A stretch of DNA of 64,000 nucleotides, taken from Fluviicola sp. (GTDB taxonomy: Bacteria > Bacteroidota > Bacteroidia > Flavobacteriales_D > Crocinitomicaceae). The notes under the pieces are model-generated. The model was given only the letters and a program-made list of their open reading frames with translations, was not told the origin of the DNA and made no database searches. Positions 38,814 through 47,990 of this stretch are shown here, one piece after another. The first letter of the stretch is position 1; each line of letters starts with the position of its first letter. Where the stretch lies: the NCBI RefSeq assembly GCF_039596355.1, contig NZ_JBCNJW010000012.1, forward strand, positions 36,072 to 100,071, written 5' to 3'. The translations under genes and the position numbers were made by a program.

Positions 38814-39854
38814 TTACACTGAGCGTATCTCCCGTTCTTTCGTTTCGAATGCTTTCTCAGATTCCACTTCCGCTACTTTCATTTCGTATGCTTCTCTCAA
38901 AGCTACTTTGGTATCGTATGCTCCGTATGAAAGAAATAGCTTACTGATGATCGGGATCAGTTCAAACAAGGTCAGAATCACCATCAAGAGGTAATATTGG
39001 TTCTGCAAACTGCGGGTTTTGTCTTTTTCGAAAAGCGATTGCAACGCTTCTTTCTTGATCAAAAAACCTTTTCCGTCGAGTGTTTTTTCAAATTCAGCCA
39101 CACTTTTGGTCACTTTCTGGTTGATTTCCTCCAATTCGACATTGATTTTTTCCAATTCGGTGTTGATCGTTTTTCCCTGCTTTTCGAGGTCTTCTTTCGC
39201 AATGGCGTAACTGTTCTTTTTAGCCTCGGCAATTCCACCGATTCCGTATTTCCCGGAACCTCCCGTTCCGTCAATTTCTTTCAGGTAGTCGTTTTGTTTC
39301 TCGATTGCCAGGTCGTTCTTTTCTTTCAGTTCCGTTTCCAGCTTTTTCTTATTCGCCAGCAATTCCTCTTTCCGCGTTTGGTACACTTGTTCGATTTCCA
39401 CCTTCTTCTCTGCCAGTTTTTTATCGAGCAAAAGCGGTACTTCGCGCTCCACATCCGAACTAAAAATGAAGAGAATGATCGGCTGTGCCAGGAAAGCACC
39501 AATACACAACGCCATAACGATCCGGAGGATGATAGCAACAATGTTGTTCTTCTTTTTATTGATCGATGAAATCAACACGCGGTCTATCGACAATACGAAA
39601 CCTCCCATGAAAATTCCCAGGGTAACGAACAAAAACGGCGAATCAGAGTTGGTACTCCAGAAATAACCCCACGCCAGCGTAGCATAGAGCCAGGTAAAAA
39701 GCATTGCAGAGCCAACAATTTTATACCTGTTCCGGTCGACCGTACAATCCTGGATCAATTCCTTGATTGCTGTGGAAAACCACCACAACACTTCGGTTGT
39801 CTGGTCTGATTCAGATTCTTTTTTCTGTTTGATTTGATTTGAATTTTCCGCCAT
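38814..39854 (-). CDS. DUF4407-like membrane protein with coiled coil
   Basis: N-terminal TM helices (IDRVLISS, RIVMALCIGAFLAQP), EIDGTGGSGKYGIG loop in a long coiled coil, C-terminal FELIPIISK TM. Confidence 0.75.
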   Translation of the reverse strand: MAENSNQIKQKKESESDQTTEVLWWFSTAIKELIQDCTVDRNRYKIVGSAMLFTWLYATLAWGYFWSTNSDSPFLFVTLGIFMGGFVLSIDRVLISSINKKKNNIVAIILRIVMALCIGAFLAQPIILFIFSSDVEREVPLLLDKKLAEKKVEIEQVYQTRKEELLANKKKLETELKEKNDLAIEKQNDYLKEIDGTGGSGKYGIGGIAEAKKNSYAIAKEDLEKQGKTINTELEKINVELEEINQKVTKSVAEFEKTLDGKGFLIKKEALQSLFEKDKTRSLQNQYYLLMVILTLFELIPIISKLFLSYGAYDTKVALREAYEMKVAEVESEKAFETKEREIRSV

Positions 39855-40096
39855 ATAATCCGTTTAGCCCTATAAATGGGTTTGAAGAATTTAAGTTACA
39901 GCGAAATTAGAATCCTGTGAAAAGAAAATCGGTGAATGGTTGTTAATAAACAATAAAATACCTCCGGAAGGCCAACCTTTTGAAACACCGTTCGTTCTAT
40001 GCGAGTTTAAACTTCGACTGACTCAACTTGCTCGATTCAAAAGGTTTAAAGGATAAAATTTGAACGTTCTCCCCTTTTAAACAATTGCAGCAGCAT

Positions 40097-40840
40097 TTAC
40101 TCATCCAATCCGCTGCTTCTTTTCGGCAAACCGTTCAGCTCTTCTTCTAAAAGAGCGATCAACGGATGCGCAGCGGTTTGTGGATTACCTTTTAACTCTT
40201 CAATGGTTCTGAGGATGGATGCTGCCGAGCGAACTTCTTTTTTCTCGGTTTCAAAACGGGATTTCGGCGCCTGGGCAAAAAACCATTCATCCGACCACGC
40301 GTTCCGTACTCCGTCAATGACTAAATGCACACGATCTTCCTTTCCCCGGTTTGCCACAGAATGCACGAAGTTGACGTTGGCATACCAACACTCTCCCGGA
40401 AGCATTTTCAGTTCTTCTCCGTCCAGGATAAATTCCACACCTGGATTGGTCACCACCGGAATGTGCAGGCGAAACTGGTTGTCTTCATAGCCCAGTTCGT
40501 GATCGCGGTGCGGCTTAATTTCAGCACCGGCTTCCAGTTTGAGCAGGCGAACCGAAAGAATCGGGAACTGAAATGTTTGGATTACTTCCCGAAAGTAGGC
40601 ACAGTTTTTCATCAGCGGGGTTTCCGTGATCGATGCATCATCCGCCATCGGAACAAAAATATGCTGTGCATCGCCATTTTTGGCATACAGGGAAAGCGCA
40701 TTCCAGTTTCCGGTATAGCCCCCGGTATTGAAATGCGGAACCCATTCGCTACCGAGAACCAAAGACAGGTCGTGTGCCAGTTTCTGTCCATCGAACTGAA
40801 CCGGAAATTTGAGGTGTTTAATGACCGTATTTTCACTCAT
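40097..40840 (-). CDS. Aspartyl/asparaginyl beta-hydroxylase-domain protein (2OG-Fe(II) oxygenase)
   Basis: IKPHRD (HxD), RLHIPV, HSVAN, RVHLVID; ATG 40840 overlaps the upstream stop (ATGA). Confidence 0.88.
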   Translation of the reverse strand: MSENTVIKHLKFPVQFDGQKLAHDLSLVLGSEWVPHFNTGGYTGNWNALSLYAKNGDAQHIFVPMADDASITETPLMKNCAYFREVIQTFQFPILSVRLLKLEAGAEIKPHRDHELGYEDNQFRLHIPVVTNPGVEFILDGEELKMLPGECWYANVNFVHSVANRGKEDRVHLVIDGVRNAWSDEWFFAQAPKSRFETEKKEVRSAASILRTIEELKGNPQTAAHPLIALLEEELNGLPKRSSGLDE

Positions 40841-41322
40841 CGTACCCATTTTAACATGTCAGGAAAAGCCTTCGTCCCCGTTTTCGCCGCTTTTTCCGGC
40901 CCGTTGCATAGTCCCATCCATTCCAGCAGGGGAAGCCCGATGTAATTACCGGAGTTAAACGATTCGATCAGCCAGGCCGACTGACCTTTGTAACCTTCTG
41001 GATGAAAGACCACTTCCGGCTCAATTTCCAGGAAACGCAGCGCTGCATAAGACCATAAGATGGCCGCAATTTCGTCTCCCTGACTGGGCCATTCCGGATC
41101 CATTTCTTCTGTCCCGATTTTTGATCGTTGTTCCGGATCCGTCACTGCCAGATGTCCCGCTTCGTGAAGCAAATCTCCCGGGAATTTCAACTGTTCCGGA
41201 TCCATGAGAATGGTATTTTGTCCCAGCGCAAGTCCGGGTAAGAAACAATCTCCGGGTAGTTCGGTTTCTACAACCTGAATTCCTGTTTGATGTAAAAATT
41301 GGATGATTTTTTCGCGTTCCAT
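40837..41322 (-). CDS. Hypothetical HExxH protein (putative zinc metallopeptidase)
   Basis: DLLHEAGHLA with downstream GDEIAAILWS glutamate; start taken at MEREK. Confidence 0.7.
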   Translation of the reverse strand: MEREKIIQFLHQTGIQVVETELPGDCFLPGLALGQNTILMDPEQLKFPGDLLHEAGHLAVTDPEQRSKIGTEEMDPEWPSQGDEIAAILWSYAALRFLEIEPEVVFHPEGYKGQSAWLIESFNSGNYIGLPLLEWMGLCNGPEKAAKTGTKAFPDMLKWVR

Positions 41323-41548
41323 GGGAGGTGAATAGCTTTTCTGAGGATGAAAATACAGAAATTCTTCAGAACTTGTTGATATGTTGTTTTTTTCCACTTT
41401 TAATCCGCTTCAAAAGCATATTTTACGGGACTTGCGGGTCTTATGCTAAAATTTTACTAAATCGATTTAAATAATTGATTTTTAAACTTTTGAATGGAAT
41501 TTAATACATATTTGACGTGGACTTAACCCCGGCGGAGCATTATCGTAA

Positions 41549-41556
41549 TATCTTTG
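41549..41556 (+). promoter_or_regulatory. -7 promoter element (TAtcTTTG)
   Basis: Exact consensus 25 nt upstream of ATG 41582. Confidence 0.55.
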
Positions 41557-41581
41557 CGCCAAATTATTTGAGATTGCGTTT

Positions 41582-44500
41582 ATGACCTGTCTTTATCCTA
41601 TTCTGAACTTTTCATCCCGGTCTCAATCCGGAAAGCGATCACTCATTGCTTTGACAAAATATACCCTTGCACTGCTTTTCCTGCAAATCTCAGGAATCGC
41701 TTCATCCCAGGTTACCGTTGGTTTTCAAGGTGGTGAGCCGGGAGATCCCTGGGGATATACTTCTACCGGAGCAAGTTCACTCGCAATTTCTGAAGCAACC
41801 CAAACTCCCAACAAAGTTACCGGAACCACATCCCTCGTAGTGGGTGGAAATACAGGAGGTGGAAACTGTTTTGATACCGGATCCGGGAACGGACCTGCTA
41901 CTCCACGCACTTTCACTTTTGACGTATTGGATATTTCTTCCAGCAATGCATCGGTCAGAACGCTGACATTTAATTGGGGAAACCGTTTTCCTGTATGCGT
42001 CGGAACGGGATGGGATTCGGGAGAGAATCTGGTGTTTACAGCCTACCACGACGGAACGCCTCAACCTTCCGTTACATTGGCTACCGGGAACAACAATGCA
42101 CAATTCAGTATTTTATCGAACAGCTATACCTGGACCATTCCTGCCTGTGTGTCTCAATTCCGCTTCGTGCTTAGTATTACGACCAACCGTGCAGATGAAT
42201 TATTGTTTGTTGACAACGTCAAAATGACTGCTCCTCAACTCAACGGTTCGCTGACAACAAGCCCGATTGCCGGAAACACGTCGGTGTGCCAGGGAAGTAC
42301 ACCAACCTACAGCGTGACTCCTCAATCCGGAATTTCCTACACCTGGAGCGGACTTCCTGCAGGGGCTTCTTTCACTACGACCAACGGAACAACTGCTTCT
42401 TCGTCGATAACTGTCAACTGGGGAACGGTTGCTCCAGGCACTTATTCATTCTCTGTTACTCCTTCCAATGCATGTGGAGTCGTCGGAACACCGCAATCCA
42501 TTTCTGTTACGGTTCTTCCCGACCCGACTCCTGTAACGATTTCCGGCCCCACTTCCCTTTGCAACGGGGAAACAATTACTTTAAGTTCCAGTTACGCCTC
42601 GGGCAACAGCTGGACACCAAACGGAGAAACAACTTCTTCTATCACAGTTTCTGCACCGGGAACATATACCGTATCGGTCACAACGACCTGCGGCGTGGTA
42701 ACAGCTTCACAAACTGTAACACTGAATCCTGTTCCGAATATTCAATCCGTAACGCCGACACCTATCAGCTGTTTCGGGGCTAATGACGGTGTTTTGACCA
42801 TCGTTTCAACGGATTCCAACCTGGAATACTCACTGGACGGAACAACCTGGCAATCCGGCAACACATTTAGCAACCTGACTCCGGGAACGTATACGCCGCG
42901 TGTGCGTTTCGTAAACGGTTGTTCAACGACTCTATCTCCTGTCACATTCACAGAACCTGCCCAAGTAACGGCAAGTGCATCCAGCACCGGAACATTCTGC
43001 GACGGAGCACCGGTTTCGCTTCACGGATCAACCACTTCTACCGGAACACCTGCCTTCAACTGGACCGGACCGAACGGATTTACTTCCACGTTGCAAAATC
43101 CTACTTTTACAGGTCAAACCGGAACGTATACCTATCAACTGATTGTTTCAATCAACGGATGTCAAAGTGATCCTGCTTCGATCGCTGTTACCATTCAGCC
43201 AATTCCGGTAGCGAATGTCTCCAACACCGGGCCTTACTGCACCGGTTCACCGGTCGTATTGAACAGCTCAACGACTTCAACCGGAACCGTTACTTATTCC
43301 TGGACCGGGCCAAACAGTTACACTTCTTCCCTTTCCAATCCAACGAATGCAACGGAAGCCGGAACGTATCAATTGATCATCACGGAACACGGATGCCAGA
43401 GTTCTCCGGTAAGCACAACGGTTGTGATCAACCCGACCCCAACTGCACAAGCTTCGTATACTGCTCCTTTTTGTGTTGGAACACCACTTCAATTAAACGG
43501 ATCAACTACCGCAACGGGAACAGTTACCTACTCCTGGAGCGGCCCGAACGGATATACTTCCCAGGTTCAAAATCCTACCGACGGAACTGAAGCAGGAACA
43601 TACACACTCATCGTGTCACAATTGGGTTGCAACAGCACCCCTGCAACTGTCACCGTTGTTTCGGAAGTTCCTTCAATCTCTGTTTCCAACACCGGACCTT
43701 ATTGTGAAGGAACAGCGATCCAGTTGAACGGTTCTTCTACCACGGCAGGAGTTACTTATTCCTGGAGCGGGCCAAACGGCTATGCTTCCCAGGTTCAAAA
43801 CCCTTCAGATGCTACTGTCAGCGGTACCTATACCCTGATTGTAAGTTTGAACAACTGTACCAGTACCGCTTCGACCCAGGTGTCCGTGAGAGCGAACCCT
43901 TTTGCTGCTTTCTCTTCTTCTGCACCCTGTATGAACGACAGCGTTGTTTTTACATCTGCCTGTTCGGTGCCGGCTCCGGAAGTAATTACCAACTGGCACT
44001 GGGATTTCAACGACGGATTTACGTCTTCCGAACAGCATCCCAAACATTTGTTTGCAAGTACCGGAACGCATACAGTATTGCTGAAAGTAACCACCGCTTC
44101 GAATTGTGCAACAACGGTGGTACAGGACGTGGAAGTAAAGGAGGCGATCAGCGCGAATTTCTTTTTCTCGCCTGGCAGCGTTTCGACCCTGGATCCGACA
44201 GTTCATTTTGTGAATTCAAGTACGAATGCCACTTCCTACCTTTGGAACTTCGATTACGAAGGGGCACAGTCTACGGAAACATCTCCTAATTTTACGTATC
44301 CTTCACTGCCAGGTTTTTACAGCGTGAAGCTGATTGCCTACAACGATGAGGGATGCATGGACAGCATTACCAAGGTCATTCCGTTGAAGGACGAAATGAT
44401 CTATTACGTGCCGAATGCGTTTACTCCTGACGGCGACGAATTCAACCAAACCTTCAAACCGGTATTTACCAGTGGATTTGATCCTCAAAACTACACCTTA

Positions 44501-44680
44501 CTGATTTACAACCGCTGGGGCGAAACGGTTTTCGAATCACACGACGCAGATTCCGGTTGGGACGGAACATACCAGAACACAATGGTTCCGGAAGGAACTT
44601 ACATCTGGAGCATCAAAGTGAAGCAGCTGTACAGCGATGCTTTCGAGGCATTTTCCGGACACGTATCACTTGTCAGATAA
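41582..44680 (+). CDS. T9SS type-B sorting (gliding-motility-associated CTD) surface protein with Ig-like/PKD repeats
   Basis: Thr/Ser-rich Ig-like units, PKD motifs (WHWDFNDG, YLWNFD), C-terminal YVPNAFTPDGDEFN...IYNRWGE..F...WDG...G.V.L.R. Confidence 0.9.
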   Translation: MTCLYPILNFSSRSQSGKRSLIALTKYTLALLFLQISGIASSQVTVGFQGGEPGDPWGYTSTGASSLAISEATQTPNKVTGTTSLVVGGNTGGGNCFDTGSGNGPATPRTFTFDVLDISSSNASVRTLTFNWGNRFPVCVGTGWDSGENLVFTAYHDGTPQPSVTLATGNNNAQFSILSNSYTWTIPACVSQFRFVLSITTNRADELLFVDNVKMTAPQLNGSLTTSPIAGNTSVCQGSTPTYSVTPQSGISYTWSGLPAGASFTTTNGTTASSSITVNWGTVAPGTYSFSVTPSNACGVVGTPQSISVTVLPDPTPVTISGPTSLCNGETITLSSSYASGNSWTPNGETTSSITVSAPGTYTVSVTTTCGVVTASQTVTLNPVPNIQSVTPTPISCFGANDGVLTIVSTDSNLEYSLDGTTWQSGNTFSNLTPGTYTPRVRFVNGCSTTLSPVTFTEPAQVTASASSTGTFCDGAPVSLHGSTTSTGTPAFNWTGPNGFTSTLQNPTFTGQTGTYTYQLIVSINGCQSDPASIAVTIQPIPVANVSNTGPYCTGSPVVLNSSTTSTGTVTYSWTGPNSYTSSLSNPTNATEAGTYQLIITEHGCQSSPVSTTVVINPTPTAQASYTAPFCVGTPLQLNGSTTATGTVTYSWSGPNGYTSQVQNPTDGTEAGTYTLIVSQLGCNSTPATVTVVSEVPSISVSNTGPYCEGTAIQLNGSSTTAGVTYSWSGPNGYASQVQNPSDATVSGTYTLIVSLNNCTSTASTQVSVRANPFAAFSSSAPCMNDSVVFTSACSVPAPEVITNWHWDFNDGFTSSEQHPKHLFASTGTHTVLLKVTTASNCATTVVQDVEVKEAISANFFFSPGSVSTLDPTVHFVNSSTNATSYLWNFDYEGAQSTETSPNFTYPSLPGFYSVKLIAYNDEGCMDSITKVIPLKDEMIYYVPNAFTPDGDEFNQTFKPVFTSGFDPQNYTLLIYNRWGETVFESHDADSGWDGTYQNTMVPEGTYIWSIKVKQLYSDAFEAFSGHVSLVR
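42960..43890 (+). repeat. Four tandem approx. 78-aa Ig-like coding repeats (boundaries approximate)
   Basis: Recurring YSWSGPNGYTSxxQNPT motif at about 43060, 43295, 43530 and 43760. Confidence 0.75.
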
Positions 44681-45079
44681 GTTTTCAAAAGTCTTTTTTT
44701 CACCTCATCATTCCGGGAATTCAACAGGGTTTCCGGAATTTGTTTTTTTATCTGAAATGAAGCGGAAAAACGCCTGAAAATCGTTTTTTTAAATATGAAC
44801 TAAAAAAAGTGTTTTCAAATTAATGACATTAATTGTTTATGGAACGAAAAGTTCGTCCAGATGTCAGCTGTTTTGAACTATTTGGTAGATAACTTGAGGA
44901 GATTTAATCTTCAGGGAAGTATGTTTCAATAACTTCCTCGAACTCTTTTAAAACAATCGGGGCAATTGTTCGCGGATTTAAAATCGGGGTTACGTCATCC
45001 GTGATAGCGAATCGTACCATCGCATTTGTCAATACATGATTGATAATCCAAAGAATTGGAAAAAGAACAAATAGCTATA

Positions 45080-45117
45080 AACCAGTCGGGGCGGAAATTT
45101 TTCCGCCCCGACTGGTT
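45080..45117. terminator. Long perfect hairpin downstream of glyA
   Basis: AACCAGTCGGGGCGGAAA / TTTCCGCCCCGACTGGTT, 18-nt arms. Confidence 0.85.
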
Positions 45118-45141
45118 ATATCATGTAATTTACTTACTCTT

Positions 45142-46416
45142 TTACCACTTAAACAGTGGTCTTTCGCTCATCAATGCGTTTACTTCCGAACGAACCAGGT
45201 TAATGGTTTCTTCGTTGCCAATATTCATCAGTACGCGGTCGATCAGCTTCACGATTACCGGGATTTCTGCTTCGGTAATTCCTCTGGAAGTGATTGCAGA
45301 AGTTCCAACACGGATTCCGGATGTGATAAACGGTGACTCCGTATCGAAAGGAACCATGTTCTTATTCACTGTAATATCTGCCAGAACCAAGTTGTTTTCT
45401 GCATCTTTCCCGGTTACTCCTTTGGAGCGCAGGTCGATCAGCATACTGTGATTGTCTGTACCTCCGGAAATGATTTTGTAGCCCAGTTTGGTGAATTCTT
45501 CCGCCATCAACGCAGCGTTTTTCTTCACCTGCAGCATGTATGTTTTGTAATTGTCAGACAAGGCTTCCCCGAAAGCGACCGCTTTAGCAGCAATTACGTG
45601 CTCCAGCGGACCTCCCTGGATTCCCGGGAAAACAGCTGCATCCAGCAATGCTCCCATAGATTTCAGGTTTCCGTTGTTCCATTTCAAGCCGAACGGGTTT
45701 TCGAAGTTGTGACGCATCATGATCACACCTCCACGCGGCCCGCGCAGTGTTTTGTGCGTGGTTGTCGTAACGATGTGGCAATGCTCCAATGGATCGTTCA
45801 GCAAACCTGCTGCGATCAAACCTGCCGGGTGAGAAATATCAGCCAGGATCAAAGCCCCAACCTCATTGGCAATTTTGCGGATGCGTGCGTAATCCCAGTC
45901 TCTGGAATAAGCAGATGCACCACACACGATCATTTTCGGTTTTTCGCGTTTCGCTACTTCTTCCATCATGTCGTAATCAACACGTCCAGTTTCCTGGCTT
46001 ACACCGTAAAAAACAGGTCGGTACAATTTACCTGAAAAGTTTACCGGCGAACCATGCGTCAAGTGTCCTCCGTGACTCAAATCAAATCCAAGAATGGTAT
46101 CTCCGGGTTGCAAACAAGCCAGGAAAACCGCAGCATTGGCCTGTGCTCCGGAGTGCGGCTGCACATTTGCCCAGGTTGCCCCGAATAATTGACACAAACG
46201 ATCGATCGCCAGTTGTTCTACTTTGTCAACCACTTCACAACCTCCGTAGTATCGTTTTCCCGGAAGTCCTTCAGCATATTTATTGGTTAACACGGAGCCC
46301 ATTGCTTCCATCACCTCATCTGATACGAAGTTTTCGGATGCAATCAATTCGATTCCATGCTCCTGACGCTGTCTTTCTGCAGCAATTAAGTCAAATACTT
46401 CCTGATCGCGTTTCAT
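45142..46416 (-). CDS. glyA: Serine hydroxymethyltransferase
   Basis: [34 protein letters not shown]. Confidence 0.98.
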   Translation of the reverse strand: MKRDQEVFDLIAAERQRQEHGIELIASENFVSDEVMEAMGSVLTNKYAEGLPGKRYYGGCEVVDKVEQLAIDRLCQLFGATWANVQPHSGAQANAAVFLACLQPGDTILGFDLSHGGHLTHGSPVNFSGKLYRPVFYGVSQETGRVDYDMMEEVAKREKPKMIVCGASAYSRDWDYARIRKIANEVGALILADISHPAGLIAAGLLNDPLEHCHIVTTTTHKTLRGPRGGVIMMRHNFENPFGLKWNNGNLKSMGALLDAAVFPGIQGGPLEHVIAAKAVAFGEALSDNYKTYMLQVKKNAALMAEEFTKLGYKIISGGTDNHSMLIDLRSKGVTGKDAENNLVLADITVNKNMVPFDTESPFITSGIRVGTSAITSRGITEAEIPVIVKLIDRVLMNIGNEETINLVRSEVNALMSERPLFKW

Positions 46417-46433
46417 GCTTATTTTTATTTTAA

Positions 46434-46510
46434 TTCAAAGAGTTTAAAAAGTTCAAAGAGTTCCAAAGTTCGATGAATCAAAATGGAACCTTTTGAACCA
46501 TTGAATCTTT
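46434..46510. repeat. Inverted period-9 arrays in the glyA leader
   Basis: ttcaaagag tttaaaaag ttcaaagag ttccaaag ... tggaacctt ttgaaccat tgaatcttt; -7 element at 46522-46529 (minus strand). Confidence 0.7.
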
Positions 46511-46559
46511 CCTCTTCGCAGCAAATATAGTTTGATTTCATCAAAAAACGAGGCCTTCC

Positions 46560-47318
46560 TTACAATCGCTTAACGGAATGCAGACGATGCGAATGAACTC
46601 CGTCTATTTTCCGGAAAATTCCCTGCTCGTTGAAATCATCAATCCGCACATAACCATGGGCATGGATCACCTCCTCCTTGTTGATGAGTAGCCCGACATG
46701 ATGAATGTTTCCCGAATCGGAAATGAAGAAAGCCAAATCGCCTGCTTCCCGGTCTTCAAAATCAATTTCCTGCCCCAGTTCTACCTGCTGCGAAGCATCA
46801 CGCGGCAACTGGTAAGCAAAAACCCGGTGAATCTGCTGCATGAACCCGGAACAATCGATTCCGAACATGGTTTTTCCTCCCCACAAATAAGGCGCATTCA
46901 AATAAGTCAACGCAAAATCAATCAGGGAAGCCGGATCAGCATCTCCTTCACCATCCAAAAAACGGTATGTTGATTTTCCGATATGGAACGTTTCTTCTCC
47001 GTCTCCGGGACGAAAAATCCCCTTCGGCAAGATTTGTTTTCCTTCAGGCCCTTCCACAATCCGGAATTCCGAGTGCTCCACAACCAACCCGTCGAGCCAG
47101 CGGGAAACTTCTTTTTCTCTTAAATCCTGCACCTGCTTGGAGTCGATCCATCCTTCATATCCATCCATAAACGAACGGATTTTAAGCCATTGATTCGACA
47201 CTTCGAGGATTTCAACCAATTCTCCGAACAGAAGCTGGGTTACCATTTCCGAACGATCGCTCGCTTCAGCGCGAACCGGTGCAATACTTGCTTTACAAAA
47301 GGCGTGTGTTCTGCTCAC
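46560..47318 (-). CDS. NlpC/P60 (C40) peptidase with N-terminal SH3 domain
   Basis: EMVTQLLFGE SH3, PYLWGG...GIDCSG, RDASQQ, HVG. Confidence 0.92.
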   Translation of the reverse strand: MSRTHAFCKASIAPVRAEASDRSEMVTQLLFGELVEILEVSNQWLKIRSFMDGYEGWIDSKQVQDLREKEVSRWLDGLVVEHSEFRIVEGPEGKQILPKGIFRPGDGEETFHIGKSTYRFLDGEGDADPASLIDFALTYLNAPYLWGGKTMFGIDCSGFMQQIHRVFAYQLPRDASQQVELGQEIDFEDREAGDLAFFISDSGNIHHVGLLINKEEVIHAHGYVRIDDFNEQGIFRKIDGVHSHRLHSVKRL

Positions 47319-47893
47319 TTTTTCGGAAATTGAGGATGTTTAGTCAATTTAAGCGCCTGTTCCATATGCCGGTCGTTGTGATACGCCACAAACAACAAGG
47401 CATCCCCCAGCCTCAGGCGAACCAGTTTGGAGATCGAAATCGGAACCTTGACCTTTTTCAGGTTCACGGCAACCGATTTTTCAATGATTGTCAAGAACTC
47501 CTGCTGGCCTTGGAGCAAGGCGCTGATTTCATTTCCCGTCACCAATGAAGGATTCACGGTCGGATTGTATTCATTGGGAGCATTGAACTTGCGTTTCACA
47601 TTGCGCGCATTTCCGAGTTTCATCGACACCCAGGCGGATTTCCCGAGTGGTGAAGATGTATAATTGATCCGGGGAGTGCGAAAACGCGTCCGGTCAATGC
47701 GGTCATTCAGCGTTTGATGGTAAAATTTCGCATACGCATTCAAATGTGCGAAAACCTCTGCCAGACTCCAGGTCTCAGGGTTAGGTTTCCAGGTCAATTG
47801 GTTCTCCGAATAGTGCGAAAATTTCGATTTTAACTGTTGAATATTTCTCTCTGTGATTGTTGCAACTTCGTTGAAGACCCATTGAGTTGTCAT
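47315..47893 (-). CDS. DinB family protein
   Basis: LTWKPNPETWSLAEVFAHL...HNDRH; -7 element at 47910-47917. Confidence 0.85.
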   Translation of the reverse strand: MTTQWVFNEVATITERNIQQLKSKFSHYSENQLTWKPNPETWSLAEVFAHLNAYAKFYHQTLNDRIDRTRFRTPRINYTSSPLGKSAWVSMKLGNARNVKRKFNAPNEYNPTVNPSLVTGNEISALLQGQQEFLTIIEKSVAVNLKKVKVPISISKLVRLRLGDALLFVAYHNDRHMEQALKLTKHPQFPKK

Positions 47894-47990
47894 ATGCTCG
47901 AATTTATATCAAATATAACCACACCAATTTGAATAGCAAAAGTTCTAACTGAAAATGCAACCTTTTTAAACATTTTCATATCTTTCAATT

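Noticed and set aside
37783-44780. Shared 14-mer AAAACGCCTGAAAA at 37783-37796 and 44767-44780
   Set aside because: A-rich, only two copies and no structure; could be chance.
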